Below the pieces are notes generated by a model, which was not told where the DNA came from, ran no database searches, and was given only the letters and a program-made list of their open reading frames with translations. A program made the position numbers and the translations under genes. A stretch of DNA of 64,000 nucleotides from Candidatus Methylomirabilia bacterium (lineage in GTDB: Bacteria; Methylomirabilota; Methylomirabilia; Rokubacteriales; CSP1-6): assembly GCA_041496385.1 (NCBI GenBank), contig JBGQEL010000008.1, forward strand, positions 22,175 through 86,174. The letters are read 5' to 3'. This document shows positions 1 to 10,919 of the stretch, piece by piece (the stretch's first letter is position 1; each line of letters starts with the position of its first letter).

Positions 1-375
1 GGCGACCGGCAGTCCGCCGCCGACGATCGCGTGGCCGCCGTAGAAGCGCCGCGAGACGTCGAAGAAGTGCATGGAGCCGCCGCGGCCGCGGCTGCACCCG
101 TTCGCCTTGCCGTACATCTCGGCCATGAGCGCGCCCGCCGGAATGCCGCGCGCCAGGGCCTGGCCGTGCTCGCGGTACGTGGCGACGATCGCGTCGTCGG
201 CCGTGAACGCCTGCATGGCGCCCACCGCCACCGCCTCCTCGCCGATGTAGAGGTGCAGGAATCCTCGGATCTTCCCGCGCGTGTACAACTCCCCCGCTTT
301 CTCCTCGAAGCGCCGGATCAGGACCATCTGGCGTAGGAGCGCGAGCGCGTGGTCCCGATCGATGGGCGCCGTCAT
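1..375 (-). CDS. pdhA: Pyruvate dehydrogenase E1 alpha subunit (5' part, runs off window)
   Basis: Manual translation [26 protein letters not shown]...[14 protein letters not shown]...TYREHG...GRGGSMH; ATG overlaps acsA stop (ATGA). Not in ORF track. Confidence 0.9.
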   Translation of the reverse strand, partial: MTAPIDRDHALALLRQMVLIRRFEEKAGELYTRGKIRGFLHLYIGEEAVAVGAMQAFTADDAIVATYREHGQALARGIPAGALMAEMYGKANGCSRGRGGSMHFFDVSRRFYGGHAIVGGGLPVA

Positions 376-2138
376 GTCGGCTCTTCGAGCGCCGAGATGT
401 CCCCCTCGGGGAGTCCGAGCTCGCGCGCCTTGAGGAGCCGGCGCATGATCTTGCCGCTCCGCGTCTTGGGAAGCGAGGGCTTGAAGTCGATCTCCTTCGG
501 CGCGACGACCGCGCCCAGGCGCGTCCGCGCGAACGCGAGAAGCTCCCGCTTGAGCTCGGGCGTCGCGGCCCAGCCGTCCTTGAGCGAGACGAAGGCCTTC
601 ACGACCTCCATCGCGACGGGGTCGGGCTTGCCGATCACGCCGGCCTCGGCGACGGCCTTGTGCTCCATGAGAACGCTCTCGACCTCGAAGGGACCGACGA
701 GGTGGCCGGAGGTCTTGATCACGTCGTCCGCGCGTCCGACGAACCAGAAATAGCCGTCGCGGTCCCGCCGGGCGAGATCGCCCGTGAGATACCAGCCGCC
801 GACGAAGCACTCTCGGTAGCGCGCCTCCTCGCCCCAGTAGCCGCGGAACATGGACGGCCACCCGGGACGGAGGGCCAGTTCGCCCTGGACGTCGGGCGCC
901 TCGAGGATCTCGACGCGGTCGTCGCCGACCTTGCGGACGATCGCCGCGTCGATACCCGGTAACGGCCGGCCCATCGAGCCCGGCCGGATGTCCATCGAGG
1001 CGAAGTTGGCGATCATGATGCCGCCGGTCTCCGTCTGCCACCAGTTGTCGTGGAAGGGGCGCCCGAACGCCTCCTGTCCCCACACCACCGCCTCGGGATT
1101 GAGCGGCTCGCCGACGCTCGAGAGGAATCTGAGCGCGCCGAAGTCGTGCTTCCGGGCCAGGACGGTCCCGGCCTTCATCATCATCCGAATCGCGGTGGGC
1201 GCCGTGTACCAGACGGAGACCTTCTGGGATTCGACCACCGCGTACCAGCGCTCGGCGTCGAACTCGGCCTCGTCGATGAGGCTCGTGACTCCGTTCGTCA
1301 GCGGCGCGATGATGCCGTAGGACGTGCCGGTGACCCAGCCCGGATCGGCCGTACACCAGAAGACGTCGTCCGGGTGGAGGTCGAGCGCGTACTTGCCGGT
1401 GACGTGGTGGGCCACCACCGCCTCGTGGACGTGGACCGCGCCCTTCGGCTTGCCCGTGGTCCCGCTGGTGAAGTGCAGGAGCGCGACGTCCTCGGGATCG
1501 GTGGGGCCGATCTCGAAGGCGTCACCGGCCGCAGCCATCAGCGCGTGGTAGTCGCGGGTGCCGCTCACGTCCGTGGGGTGCTCGCGGTCGCCGACGAGCA
1601 GCACGTGCTCCAGGTCGGGAAGCGTGGCGCGCAGGTCGGCGACCTTCCGGCGATAGAGCGGCTCGGTCGTGACCAGCACCCGTGCCCGGCCGATGCCGAG
1701 GCGCGCGCGGATCGGCTCGGGCCCGAACGCGGAGAAGAGGGGGCAGAACACGCTCCGGTTCTTGAGCGCCCCGAGCGCGGCGACGTAGAGCTCGGGAATC
1801 CGGCCCGCGAGGACGTAGACACGGTCGCCGCGTTCGACCCCGAGCCCCTGCAGCACGTTGGCGAAGCGGTTCGTGAGCCGGCGGAGCTCGCCGTAGGTGC
1901 AGTCCCGCCCCTCCCCGCCCTTGCCGAGCCAGCGGAGCGCGAGGTGGTCGCGGCGCGGGCCCGCCGCGTGACGGTCCACGGCCTCGTGGGCGATGTTGAG
2001 TCCGCGGCCGGCCGGGAGCCCGTCGAGCTGGCGCCGCGCGGCGCCCCAGGAGAACGTCGCGCGCGCGCGGGCGTAGTCGGCGAGATTGGGCTCGACGGCC
2101 GCGTCCCTCGGGTGCTTGGCGATCGTGGCCCAGGCCAT
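372..2138 (-). CDS. acsA: Acetate--CoA ligase (acetyl-CoA synthetase)
   Basis: AMP-binding motif [29 protein letters not shown]; start trimmed to MAWATIAK. Confidence 0.9.
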   Translation of the reverse strand: MAWATIAKHPRDAAVEPNLADYARARATFSWGAARRQLDGLPAGRGLNIAHEAVDRHAAGPRRDHLALRWLGKGGEGRDCTYGELRRLTNRFANVLQGLGVERGDRVYVLAGRIPELYVAALGALKNRSVFCPLFSAFGPEPIRARLGIGRARVLVTTEPLYRRKVADLRATLPDLEHVLLVGDREHPTDVSGTRDYHALMAAAGDAFEIGPTDPEDVALLHFTSGTTGKPKGAVHVHEAVVAHHVTGKYALDLHPDDVFWCTADPGWVTGTSYGIIAPLTNGVTSLIDEAEFDAERWYAVVESQKVSVWYTAPTAIRMMMKAGTVLARKHDFGALRFLSSVGEPLNPEAVVWGQEAFGRPFHDNWWQTETGGIMIANFASMDIRPGSMGRPLPGIDAAIVRKVGDDRVEILEAPDVQGELALRPGWPSMFRGYWGEEARYRECFVGGWYLTGDLARRDRDGYFWFVGRADDVIKTSGHLVGPFEVESVLMEHKAVAEAGVIGKPDPVAMEVVKAFVSLKDGWAATPELKRELLAFARTRLGAVVAPKEIDFKPSLPKTRSGKIMRRLLKARELGLPEGDISALEEPT

Positions 2139-2142
2139 CGGT

Positions 2143-3756
2143 TCACTCGAACTGCGGGGCCTTCGGCTCCTTCTCGTCGGGCACCTCGGTGAGGGTCGCC
2201 TCGGCCAGCAGGAGCAGGCTCGCCGCCGACACCGCGTTCTCCAGCGCGATGCGCACGACCTTGGTCGGGTCGATGATCCCCGCCTCGACCAGATCCACGT
2301 ACTCCTTCCGCGCGGCGTCGAAGCCGCGGTTGCCGGTCCCCTTCCGCATCTCGTTGACGACGACTCCGCCATCCACGCCGGAGTTCTCGGCGATCTGCCG
2401 CGTGGGCGTCTCGAGCGCGCGCGCGAGAATGCCGAGGCCGGTGCGCTCGTCGCCCGATGCGGCCGCCGCCTCGCGCTCGACCGTCTCGACCACGCGCAGG
2501 AGGGCGAGGCCGCCGCCGGGAACGATGCCCTCCGCCACCGCCGCCTTCGTCGCGGCGATCGCGTCGTCGAGCGCCTCCTTCTTGCTTTTCATCTCGGCCT
2601 CGGACGGCGCGCCGACGCGGATCACCGCCACGCCCCCGGACAGCTTCGCCAGGCGCTCCTCGAGCTTCTCCTTGTCGTAGTCGCTCGTCGTCTTCTCGAT
2701 CTGCTGGCGGACCTGTTGCCGGCGCCCCTCGATGAGAGGCTTGTCACCGCCGCCGCCGATGATCGTGGTGTTCTCTCGATCGGCGACGATGCGCCGGGCG
2801 CGGCCGAGCTGGTCCATCTCGACGTTCTCGAGCTTGATCCCGAGCGTTTCGGTCACCACTCGGCCGCCGGTGAGGACCGCGATGTCCTCGAGGATCTCCC
2901 GGCGCCGGTCGCCGAAGCCGGGGGCCTTGACCGCCACGCAGCGGAGCGAGCCGCGCAGCCGGTTGACCACGAGCGTGGCGAGGGCGTCCCCCTCCACGTC
3001 CTCGGCGATGATGAGGAGCGGCCGCGCCGCCCGCGCCACCTGCTCGAGGAGCGGCAGCAGCTCCTTCATGGTGGCGAGCTTCCGGTCGGTGAGGAGGATC
3101 AGCGCGTCCTCGAGGACCGCCTCCATCTTCTCCGTGTCGGTGACGAAGTACGGCGACAGGTATCCACGGTCGAACTGCATCCCCTCGACGATCTCGAGCT
3201 GGGTCTCGGTGGTCTTCGCTTCCTCGACCGTGATCACGCCCTCGTCGCCGACCTTCTCCATGGCGTCGGCGACGAGCTCGCCGATCGTCGGGTCGTTGTG
3301 CGCGGAGATGGTCGCGACCTGCGCCTTCTCGAGCCGCGTCTCGACCGGCCGGGACAGCGCGGCGAGCGCCCTGACCGCGGCACGCGCGCCGCGGTCGAGC
3401 CCGCGCTTGAGGTCGATCGCGGAGGCGCCGGCGGTGACGTTGCGCACGCCCTCGGCCAGGATCGCGTGGGCCAGGATCGTCGCCGTGCTCGTCCCGTCGC
3501 CGACCGCGTCGCCCGTTCGCTCCGCCGCCTGGCGGATCATCTGGGCGCCGAGGTTTTCCGCGGCATCCTTGAGCTCCATCTCCTTCGCGATGGTGACGCC
3601 GTCGTTGCAGACGATCGGGAGGCCGAAGCGCTTCTGGATCAGCACGCACTTCGACTTGGGTCCGAGCGTCACGCGCACCGCGTCGGCGAGCGTCGCCGCC
3701 CCGCGCAGGACCTTCTCGCGCGCCTCGGACCGGAACAGAACCTGTTTGTACGCCAT
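2143..3756 (-). CDS. groEL: Chaperonin GroEL (no adjacent groES)
   Basis: [48 protein letters not shown]; start MAYKQVLF. Confidence 0.95.
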   Translation of the reverse strand: MAYKQVLFRSEAREKVLRGAATLADAVRVTLGPKSKCVLIQKRFGLPIVCNDGVTIAKEMELKDAAENLGAQMIRQAAERTGDAVGDGTSTATILAHAILAEGVRNVTAGASAIDLKRGLDRGARAAVRALAALSRPVETRLEKAQVATISAHNDPTIGELVADAMEKVGDEGVITVEEAKTTETQLEIVEGMQFDRGYLSPYFVTDTEKMEAVLEDALILLTDRKLATMKELLPLLEQVARAARPLLIIAEDVEGDALATLVVNRLRGSLRCVAVKAPGFGDRRREILEDIAVLTGGRVVTETLGIKLENVEMDQLGRARRIVADRENTTIIGGGGDKPLIEGRRQQVRQQIEKTTSDYDKEKLEERLAKLSGGVAVIRVGAPSEAEMKSKKEALDDAIAATKAAVAEGIVPGGGLALLRVVETVEREAAAASGDERTGLGILARALETPTRQIAENSGVDGGVVVNEMRKGTGNRGFDAARKEYVDLVEAGIIDPTKVVRIALENAVSAASLLLLAEATLTEVPDEKEPKAPQFE

Positions 3757-3773
3757 GGGTCTCCCCTCCTCTG

Positions 3774-4118
3774 CTACCTCTCCTGCCGCAGCTGGCAGGG
3801 CATACAGTACCGCGCCGTGGGCATCGCCCGGAGCCGCGTGAGCGGGATCGGCTGGCCGCAGCCCCCGCAGACGCCGAAGGTGTCGGAGGCGAGCCGCGCC
3901 TGAGCCTCTCTGATCTCGTCGAGCTCGTGCTTCTCCTGACCCTCGAGCCGCGAGAGCAGTGCCGTGACGCGCTCGCGGTCGGCGTCCTCGCCCGGCGCGC
4001 CGGGCTGGTGGGCCTCGAGCGTCGCCAGCTCCACGTCCGTCTGCGCCACGGTCCGGAAGAGCCGCTCGCGCGCTTCCCGGAGTCGCCGAGTGAACTCCGC
4101 CACCAGGTCCGTTTTCAT
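3774..4118 (-). CDS. TraR/DksA family C4 zinc-finger protein
   Basis: Coiled-coil N-terminus plus [32 protein letters not shown] overlaps polX stop. Confidence 0.85.
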   Translation of the reverse strand: MKTDLVAEFTRRLREARERLFRTVAQTDVELATLEAHQPGAPGEDADRERVTALLSRLEGQEKHELDEIREAQARLASDTFGVCGGCGQPIPLTRLRAMPTARYCMPCQLRQER

Positions 4119-5878
4119 CGCCTCGCTCCTCCCGCACCCGCGCGCCGGCCCTCCTCTGAGCGCGCGGGGCGCGCCCAGGCGAGGAGCTTCTTCGCCGGCC
4201 ACGTGTTCACGACTTCGTCCTTCGCGAGCCACGCGCGCCGCGCCGTGGCGACGCCGAGCTCCATCATGGTCAGGTGGTCCAGCACGTGAGCGTCGGTGCT
4301 CACGGCGATCAGGACGCCCAGGTCGCGCGCTCGGCGCGCGTGCGCGTCGTTGAGGTCGAGCCGCAACGGGTACGAATTGATCTCGACCGCCTTGCCGTGC
4401 CGCTTCGCGGTGCGGAGGACCTCCTCCAGGTCCACGTCGTAGGGGTCGCGCTCGCCGATGAGGCGGCCCGTGGGGTGGGCGAGGACATTGACGTACGGGT
4501 TCTCGAGCGCCCGGCAGAGGCGCCGGGTCATCTCGCGGCGCGGCTGCTCGAAGCGCGAGTGGACGGCGCCGACCACCAGGTCGAGCCCGGCCAGGACCGC
4601 GTCCGGGTAGTCCAGCGAGCCGTCCTCGAGGATGTCGCATTCGCTGCCGGCCAGCACCGCGATCCCCGGATGCTTCTTCTGGACCGCCCGGATCTTCTTG
4701 ACGTGAGCCGCGAACTCCGTCACGGAGAGCCCGCCCGCGACCCGGGCCGAGGCGCTGTGGTCCGTGACAACGAGGTATTCGTAGCCACGTTGCTCGGCCG
4801 CGGCGACGAGCGCCTCGATCGTGTGATGGCCGTCGGTCGCCTTGGTGTGGCAGTGGAGATCGCCGCGGATGTCTCCGAGCGTCACGAGCTTGGGCAGCTG
4901 CCCCTTCGCCGCCGCCTCGACCTCGCCGAGATCCTCGCGCAGCTCGGGCGCGATCCACGGGAGCCCGATCGCGGCGTAGACCTCCTCCTCCGTGGCGCCG
5001 GCGATGCGCCGGCCGCTCGAGGCGCGGAAGACGCCGTACTCGGAGATCTTGAGGCCTTTCTTCACCGCCATCTCGCGGATGCGGATGTTGTGCTGTTTGG
5101 AGCCGGTGAAATAGACGAGCGCGGCGCCGAAGCATTCGGGCTCGAGCACCCGGAGATCCACCTGGATCCCCTCCCGGTGGCGGACCGAGGCCTTGGTCTC
5201 GCCTCGCTCCAGGACCTCGGAGACCTGGGGCAGCGTCGTGAAGGCCTGCATGACCTTTGCCGGATCGGTCGAGGTGACGAGGAGGTCGATGTCGCCGACG
5301 GTCTCCTTCATGCGCCGGAGCGAGCCGGCGAGCTCGATCGCCTTCACACCGGGCAGGCCGTCGAGGGCGTGTACGAGCTCGCGCCCGAGGGGGAGCGCGC
5401 GCCCGAGCGGCATCCGTGCCTGGCCGCCACGGACCAGCGCGATGCCCTTCAGGATGTTGGCCTCGGTCTTCGCCTGGATGCCGTGGAGGCCGCGGAGCTT
5501 GCCCGCGCGCGCGAGCTTCTCGAGGCGGTCGAGCGTGGTGACGCCCTCCTTGTCGTAGAGGAGCCGGGCGGTCTTCGGACCGACGCCAGGCACGTTCATG
5601 AGCTCGACGACGCCCGGCGGGACCCCCTTCTTCGCCGTCTCGACGTCCTTGACGCGCCCCGTCCGGAGGTACTCGAGGATCTTGCCGGCGAGGTCCGCGC
5701 CGACCCCCGGGATCTCCTCGAGCCGCCCCTCGCGCGCGAGCGTCTCGACGTCCTCGGTCAGCGCCTCGAGGTTCTGGGCGGCGCGGCGGTAGGCGCGGAT
5801 GCGGAAGGGGTTCTCCTCCTTGATCTCGAGGATGTCGGCCATCAGGTCGAAGAGCCGGGCGATCTCGAAGTTCTTCAT
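4115..5878 (-). CDS. polX: DNA polymerase X / PHP 3'-5' exonuclease
   Basis: [33 protein letters not shown] motifs DLHCHT, TDHS, TDAH; start MKNFEIA. Confidence 0.93.
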   Translation of the reverse strand: MKNFEIARLFDLMADILEIKEENPFRIRAYRRAAQNLEALTEDVETLAREGRLEEIPGVGADLAGKILEYLRTGRVKDVETAKKGVPPGVVELMNVPGVGPKTARLLYDKEGVTTLDRLEKLARAGKLRGLHGIQAKTEANILKGIALVRGGQARMPLGRALPLGRELVHALDGLPGVKAIELAGSLRRMKETVGDIDLLVTSTDPAKVMQAFTTLPQVSEVLERGETKASVRHREGIQVDLRVLEPECFGAALVYFTGSKQHNIRIREMAVKKGLKISEYGVFRASSGRRIAGATEEEVYAAIGLPWIAPELREDLGEVEAAAKGQLPKLVTLGDIRGDLHCHTKATDGHHTIEALVAAAEQRGYEYLVVTDHSASARVAGGLSVTEFAAHVKKIRAVQKKHPGIAVLAGSECDILEDGSLDYPDAVLAGLDLVVGAVHSRFEQPRREMTRRLCRALENPYVNVLAHPTGRLIGERDPYDVDLEEVLRTAKRHGKAVEINSYPLRLDLNDAHARRARDLGVLIAVSTDAHVLDHLTMMELGVATARRAWLAKDEVVNTWPAKKLLAWARPARSEEGRRAGAGGARR

Positions 5879-5988
5879 CGCCCCTGGTGCCTCCGCGCCC
5901 ACCAGTCGGCCAGGAGCCACACGCCGATCGCCGCGACGACGACGATCGCCACCGCGATCATCCACTGATCGCGAATCGCCTGTACCAT
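5875..5988 (-). CDS. 37-aa single-pass membrane peptide
   Basis: [45 protein letters not shown] upstream; stop overlaps polX ATG. Confidence 0.6.
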   Translation of the reverse strand: MVQAIRDQWMIAVAIVVVAAIGVWLLADWWARRHQGR

Positions 5989-6002
5989 CGGCCCCTTCCG
6001 GC

Positions 6003-6566
6003 TCAGCGGACCGCGAAGGCCCAGCGGTCCGGCTTGGAGAGCAAGCCCTTGGCGAGCACGTCCTGGAACGTCCGGAGCACGTCGGTCTCGGTGAGGATCC
6101 CGACGACACGCTCCCCCTCGACGACCGGCAGGGCGCCCACCTTCTGCTCGCGCATGAGGTGCGCCGCCCGCCGGATCTCGGTCTCCGGGCGCACCGTCAC
6201 GACGCCCCAGGTCATGACGTCGCGAACGGTCAGTGTCGCGAGGGCATCCCCGAGGTCCCCGAACCGCGCCTGGATCCTGGGGTCGAAGACCACCTGCCGA
6301 AGATCCCGGTCGGTGACGATGCCGACGAGGCGGCTGCCGCGGTCGACCACCGGCAGGTGGCGGATCTTCCGCTTCTTCATCATCTCGACGGCGCCGCGCA
6401 CGAGCGTATCGGAATGAATCGTCACGGCCGAGCGCGTCATGCAGTCCCGGACCCGGATGGTGCCTTCCGGCCACGACAGCGCCTCGAGCTCGTCGGCCTC
6501 GCGGCCGGGGTGCACGGGGCGGCGTGTGCGGATGTCACGCGTGATCGAGCGCTTGGGGCGTGGCAT
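6003..6566 (-). CDS. CBS-pair protein (AcuB-like)
   Basis: IRHLPVVD...LVGIVTDRDLR and VGALPVVE...VGILTETDVL; start uncertain. Confidence 0.85.
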   Translation of the reverse strand: MPRPKRSITRDIRTRRPVHPGREADELEALSWPEGTIRVRDCMTRSAVTIHSDTLVRGAVEMMKKRKIRHLPVVDRGSRLVGIVTDRDLRQVVFDPRIQARFGDLGDALATLTVRDVMTWGVVTVRPETEIRRAAHLMREQKVGALPVVEGERVVGILTETDVLRTFQDVLAKGLLSKPDRWAFAVR

Positions 6567-6571
6567 CGGCG

Positions 6572-6865
6572 TCAGGCCGCGATGAGCTGCTTGAAGCGAG
6601 CCCACGGCACCGCGGTCCACGTCTCCGTCTGCGCGTGCCCGAAGGACCGGACGATCATGACGACCTTGGCCGCCACGGTCTCGTCGGGCGCCTCGAACAG
6701 GTCCAGGTAGTCGTACGGGCCGAGGATCGCGTAGTTCGCCACCCACTTCACCTGCGGGCACTCCTTCTGGACCCGCTCGCTCACCGCGCGCTCGAGGCGC
6801 GCGAGATCGCTCGGGGATTTCACGCTGTCGGGGGTGAGTCGCGTCAGCATCACATACGTCGCCAT
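6572..6865 (-). CDS. GYD-domain protein
   Basis: 97 aa with LGPYDYLDLFEAPD motif; AGGAGG RBS. Confidence 0.8.
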   Translation of the reverse strand: MATYVMLTRLTPDSVKSPSDLARLERAVSERVQKECPQVKWVANYAILGPYDYLDLFEAPDETVAAKVVMIVRSFGHAQTETWTAVPWARFKQLIAA

Positions 6866-6878
6866 CTCCGCTCCTCCT

Positions 6879-7358
6879 TCACCAGAGGTACGTGTCCGGA
6901 TCGATACCCCGCACCGACGGCACCGTCTGCCCGAGCGCCCGGAGCACGTCGCGCTCGGTGACGATGCCGACGAGGCTGCCCTTGTCCACGACGGGAAGGC
7001 TGCTGAAGCGCCCCTCGAACATCACGGCCGCGGCCTGCGCGAGCGAGGAGTCGGGAGCGATCGTGACGGCGTCCCAGGTCATCACGGCCTTCACGCGTAG
7101 GTTCTCGACCGTTTCGCCCAGGACGCGCAGGCGTCGCCGGGCGACCGCGGAGAGGTGCTCCGCGATCGCCGGGGCGAACAGCGCGTCGCGAAGATCGCGG
7201 TCCGAGATCATGCCCCCGAGCCGGCCGGCGTCGTCCACGACCGGAAGGTGGCGGATGGCCTTGTCGCGCATCACGGCGACCGCGGTCGCGATCGGCGCCT
7301 CCGGATCGATCGTGATCGGATCCCGGCTCATCACGTCCTTCACCCGCATCACCATCAT
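6879..7358 (-). CDS. CBS-pair protein (AcuB-like)
   Basis: VKDVMSRDPITI, IRHLPVVD, LVGIVTERDVL; ATG overlaps upstream stop. Confidence 0.85.
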   Translation of the reverse strand: MMVMRVKDVMSRDPITIDPEAPIATAVAVMRDKAIRHLPVVDDAGRLGGMISDRDLRDALFAPAIAEHLSAVARRRLRVLGETVENLRVKAVMTWDAVTIAPDSSLAQAAAVMFEGRFSSLPVVDKGSLVGIVTERDVLRALGQTVPSVRGIDPDTYLW

Positions 7359-8224
7359 CGCCTCCTCGCCGTCGGCGACGCCCCGAGCCTCGCGTGGCGC
7401 ACCGGCGCCGGCTCCCGTCGGTACGGGACGGGAACGAACTGGACGGCGGGCTGACCCTGCCGCGGCTGCGGATAGAGATCCATGAGCGCGTAGACGTCCG
7501 GCGGGATCCCGGCCCGGACCGCGAGCCCGAGCGCGCCTGCCTGCGTCACCGTGATCGGATAGTCGTGGGTCCAGCGGCCCTCCGTCAGCGCGGCGATCAG
7601 CTCCTTCGACTGCGCCGGTGGCATGCGGTCCCCGACGAGGTCGGCGATGCACTGCTGGATCTGCCCGAGAGCCGTGCGCGCGACGTCGGCCAGGATCAAG
7701 GTCTCGTCGTCGAGCTCGTTCTTGTCCTCACCGATCACGCGGATGAGCGAGACCGCGGGATACGCGCCGATCTGCGGATCGATCGGTCCGAGGACCGCGT
7801 TCTCGTCCATCAGGATCTCGCCGGCCGCCAGTGCGAGGAGGGTACCGCCCGACATCGCGTGGTGCGGGACGATCACGGTCACCCGCGCGGGGTGGTTGCG
7901 GAGCGCGCCCGCGATCTGCTGGGTGGCGAGCACCAGCCCACCGGGCGTATGGAGGATCACGTCGATCGGCATGTCGGGCGGGGTGAGGCGGATCGCGCGC
8001 AGGACCTGCTCCGAGTCGTCGATGTCGATGTAGCGCGCGATCGGGATGCCGAGGAGGCTCCGCGACTCCTGCCGGTGGATCAGCGTGATCACCCGCGTGC
8101 CGCGCTGGCGCTCGAGCCGCCGGAGGACGCGAAGGCGCGCCATCGCGAGCAGCCGCGCCTGCAACATCGGCATGACCGCCGAGACCAGGAAGAAGATCCA
8201 CACGAGGTTCCAGAGCCCGTCCAT
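7355..8224 (-). CDS. SDH-family Clp-fold serine protease (DUF114-like) with N-terminal TM anchor
   Basis: VITLIHRQE, ILHTPGG, AMSGGTLLAL, LGPIDPQ, WTHDYPIT. Confidence 0.85.
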   Translation of the reverse strand: MDGLWNLVWIFFLVSAVMPMLQARLLAMARLRVLRRLERQRGTRVITLIHRQESRSLLGIPIARYIDIDDSEQVLRAIRLTPPDMPIDVILHTPGGLVLATQQIAGALRNHPARVTVIVPHHAMSGGTLLALAAGEILMDENAVLGPIDPQIGAYPAVSLIRVIGEDKNELDDETLILADVARTALGQIQQCIADLVGDRMPPAQSKELIAALTEGRWTHDYPITVTQAGALGLAVRAGIPPDVYALMDLYPQPRQGQPAVQFVPVPYRREPAPVRHARLGASPTARRR

Positions 8225-8227
8225 CGC

Positions 8228-9682
8228 CTATCCCTTGATGTTCCCGATCGGAGTCAGCGACACGACCTTGCGCGAGATGTCGAGGCGGTCGACGACGTCG
8301 ACGACCTCGCCGAGATCTTTGTAGGCGAAGGCCGCCTCTTCGGCGACGCCGGACTTGGACGCAGCGCGCACGACGATCCCGCGCGCCTCCATCTCCTTCA
8401 TGAGCGTCTCGCCCCAGACCTGGCGCCTGGCCTGCGCGCGCGACATCGTGCGGCCGGCGCCGTGGGCCGTCGAGCCGAACGTCTCCGCCATCGCGTGCGC
8501 CGTCCCGACGAGGAGCGCCGAGCCTGTCTCCATCGACCCGCCGATGATCACGGGCTGGCCGACGGCCCGATAGGCCTCCGGAACATCCGGCGCCCCGGGA
8601 CCGAACGAGCGGGTCGCGCCCTTGCGGTGGACGACAAGCTCGAGCGACTCGCCGTCGACGGTGTGGCGCTCGAGCTTCGCCGTGTTGTGGCAGACGTCGT
8701 AGATCACGGAGAGCCCGAGCTCGCGTGGATCGCGCCCGAAGACGCGCTCCATCACCTCGCGCACCCTGTGCGTGATCATCTGGCGATTCGCGAACGCGCT
8801 GTTGGCCGCGGCGGTCATCGCGCCGAAATACGCCTGGCCCTCGGGCGCGCGGAACGGCGCACAGGCGAGCTCGCGGTCCCTCACCGTGATCCCGTGGCGC
8901 TTCATCACCTGATCGAACATGCGGAGATAGTCGGTGCCGATCTGGTGACCGAAGCCGCGCGAGCCACAGTGGAGCATCACGACGATCTGGCCGGGCCGCT
9001 CGATGCCGAACGCCCGTGCGACGTCGGGGTCGTGAATGCCGCCCGGCGGCACGACCTGGATCTCGAGATAGTGGTTGCCGGAGCCGAGCGTGCCGAGCTG
9101 CGCGCGCCCGCGCGAGACGGCGCGCGCGCTCACCGCGTCGGGGTCGGCGCCCGGCAGGCAGCCTCCGCCCTCGGTGCCGGCGAGATCCTCGGGCCAGCCG
9201 TAGCCGGAGCGCACGCACCAGCGCGAGCCCTCGCGCATGACCTCGCGGAACTCGTCGTCCGAAAGCCGCACGAAGCCCTTGGCGCCGACGCCCGACGGCA
9301 CGGCGGCGAAGAGCGCGTCGACGAGCTCGGTGAGCTTCGGCCGGACTTCGGCCTCCGTCAGGTTGGTGCGGAGCAGGCGCATGCCGCAATTGATGTCGAA
9401 GCCGATCCCGCCGGGCGAGATGATGCCCGTGTCGGCCCGGAAGGCGGCGACGCCGCCGATCGGGAAGCCGTAGCCCCAGTGACCGTCCGGCATGCAGAGC
9501 GCCGCCCGCACGATCCCCGGCAGGCACGCGACGTTGGTCACCTGCTCGAACACGCCCTCGTCCATCCGCGCGAGCAGCGCCTCGGAGGCGTAGAGGCGCG
9601 CCGGCACCAGCATCCCGGGCTTCTCGCTGGTCGGGATCTCCCAGATGCAGTCGGCGACGGGCAGCGTCTTCATCGTGGTCAT
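8228..9682 (-). CDS. rtcB: RNA ligase RtcB
   Basis: MPDGHWGYGFPIGGV, GFDINCG, GSGNHY, HCGSRG, HRKGAT, HGAGR, EEA..YKD. Confidence 0.95.
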   Translation of the reverse strand: MTTMKTLPVADCIWEIPTSEKPGMLVPARLYASEALLARMDEGVFEQVTNVACLPGIVRAALCMPDGHWGYGFPIGGVAAFRADTGIISPGGIGFDINCGMRLLRTNLTEAEVRPKLTELVDALFAAVPSGVGAKGFVRLSDDEFREVMREGSRWCVRSGYGWPEDLAGTEGGGCLPGADPDAVSARAVSRGRAQLGTLGSGNHYLEIQVVPPGGIHDPDVARAFGIERPGQIVVMLHCGSRGFGHQIGTDYLRMFDQVMKRHGITVRDRELACAPFRAPEGQAYFGAMTAAANSAFANRQMITHRVREVMERVFGRDPRELGLSVIYDVCHNTAKLERHTVDGESLELVVHRKGATRSFGPGAPDVPEAYRAVGQPVIIGGSMETGSALLVGTAHAMAETFGSTAHGAGRTMSRAQARRQVWGETLMKEMEARGIVVRAASKSGVAEEAAFAYKDLGEVVDVVDRLDISRKVVSLTPIGNIKG

Positions 9683-9687
9683 GGACG

Positions 9688-10116
9688 TCAGATGTCGATG
9701 ACGAGCCGCGCGCGCCACCCGCGCCCGTGCGGCTCCAGCGTGAACTGGTGGAACGTGACGGCCTTGGGGTCGGCGCGAAGCTCCGTCGTGGCGCGGTCGA
9801 TCGGGCCGCCGGTAAGACGCGCCTCGAGCCGGCACGGCGTGCCCTCGGTCACGCGCGGCTCGGTCAGCGGGAACACGAGCTGTTCGCTGTCCTTCATGTA
9901 GATCAACTCGGAGAGCCAGTCGTAGAGCAGGAGGTCGAGGGAGGGGGCCGTGAGCTCGACGCTGCGCCCGATGCTCGTCCGGACGGTGGCCGGGTCGACC
10001 ATGACCTCGGCCAGGGCCCGTGCGGCCGTCGCGAAGAGATCGTCGAGGTCGTCCCCCTCGATCTCGACGGCGCAGTCGGCGACTGCGACCGACTCGAGGA
10101 ACTCGTGTCGGCCCAC
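9688..10116 (-). CDS. Archease
   Basis: ADCAVEIEG, LLYDWLSELIY, KAVTFH, ends VIDI; GTG start; adjacent to rtcB. Confidence 0.88.
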   Translation of the reverse strand: MGRHEFLESVAVADCAVEIEGDDLDDLFATAARALAEVMVDPATVRTSIGRSVELTAPSLDLLLYDWLSELIYMKDSEQLVFPLTEPRVTEGTPCRLEARLTGGPIDRATTELRADPKAVTFHQFTLEPHGRGWRARLVIDI

Positions 10117-10133
10117 GGCCCCCCCCTGGCTCC

Positions 10134-10574
10134 CTACTCGGCCTTCACCGGAATCGTCGTGCCCTTCGCGCTCGGCGCCTTCGGCAGCTTGACGGTCAGC
10201 ACGCCGTCCTTGAAGCTCGCGGCCACCTTCTCGGTGTCCACGCCCGTCGGCAGCGCGAGCGTCCGGGTGAACGCGCCCCAGGACCGCTCGACGCGGTGGT
10301 ACTTCTCCTCCTTCTCCTCCTTCTCCTTGTGCTTCTCTCCCTTGAGGGTCAGCATCTGGTCCTGGATCGTGACGCTGAGGTTCTTCTGCTCGACGCCCGG
10401 GACCTCCATCTTCATGAGATAGGCGTCCTTGGTCTCGGAGAAGTCGAGCTTCGGCGCCCACTCCCCGACCGTCTCGAACTCGTCCCAGCGCGGCTCGAAG
10501 AAGCGGTCGAACATCCGCTCCATCTCCTGCCTCAGGTTCTCCATGCCTCTGAACGGAGCCAGCGCACGCATCAC
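10134..10574 (-). CDS. Hsp20/alpha-crystallin small heat-shock protein
   Basis: EVPGV, ERSWGAFTR, FKDGVLTVKLPK. Confidence 0.93.
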   Translation of the reverse strand: MMRALAPFRGMENLRQEMERMFDRFFEPRWDEFETVGEWAPKLDFSETKDAYLMKMEVPGVEQKNLSVTIQDQMLTLKGEKHKEKEEKEEKYHRVERSWGAFTRTLALPTGVDTEKVAASFKDGVLTVKLPKAPSAKGTTIPVKAE

Positions 10575-10576
10575 AC

Positions 10577-10874
10577 TTATCCCCCTTCCATCAATGTCAC
10601 GGTGATCTTGGTCGCGGTCGCTCGCTTCCCGTCCTTCTCGACGTGCACCGTGACGAAGTCACCTTCCTTCACCGCCCACGGATCGAGCCTCACTTCCACG
10701 AAGTCGCCGGGCCACCCGGTCGGCCCGGGTTCCTTGGTGCGCCGCGACGCCACGAACTGCGCCGTCGGACTCACCGCGATGGTCTGCTTCGTGATCGGCG
10801 GCCGCGGCGGCCCCGGCGCTGAGGATCAGCGCGCCGCCCATGAGGAGAGCGGCGAACAGGGTCGCCTGGCTCAT
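10577..10874 (-). pseudogene. Frameshifted secreted beta-rich hypothetical protein
   Basis: Signal peptide MSQATLFAALLMGGALILSAGAAAAA (RBS AAGGAGG) in one frame; plausible mature part ITKQTIAVSPTAQF...WAVKEGDFVTVHVEKDGKRATATKITV in another; switch near 10795. Confidence 0.55.
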
Positions 10875-10919
10875 CGACACACACCTCCTTTCGGCGCCGT
10901 TGCGCCACGCTGAGAACGG

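Noticed and set aside
2086..9901. Long plus-strand ORFs (2086-3903, 4274-5968, 7394-9901) and similar ones across the window
   Set aside because: Antisense or alternate-frame shadows of clear genes; stop codons are scarce in high-GC DNA and no motifs were recognised.
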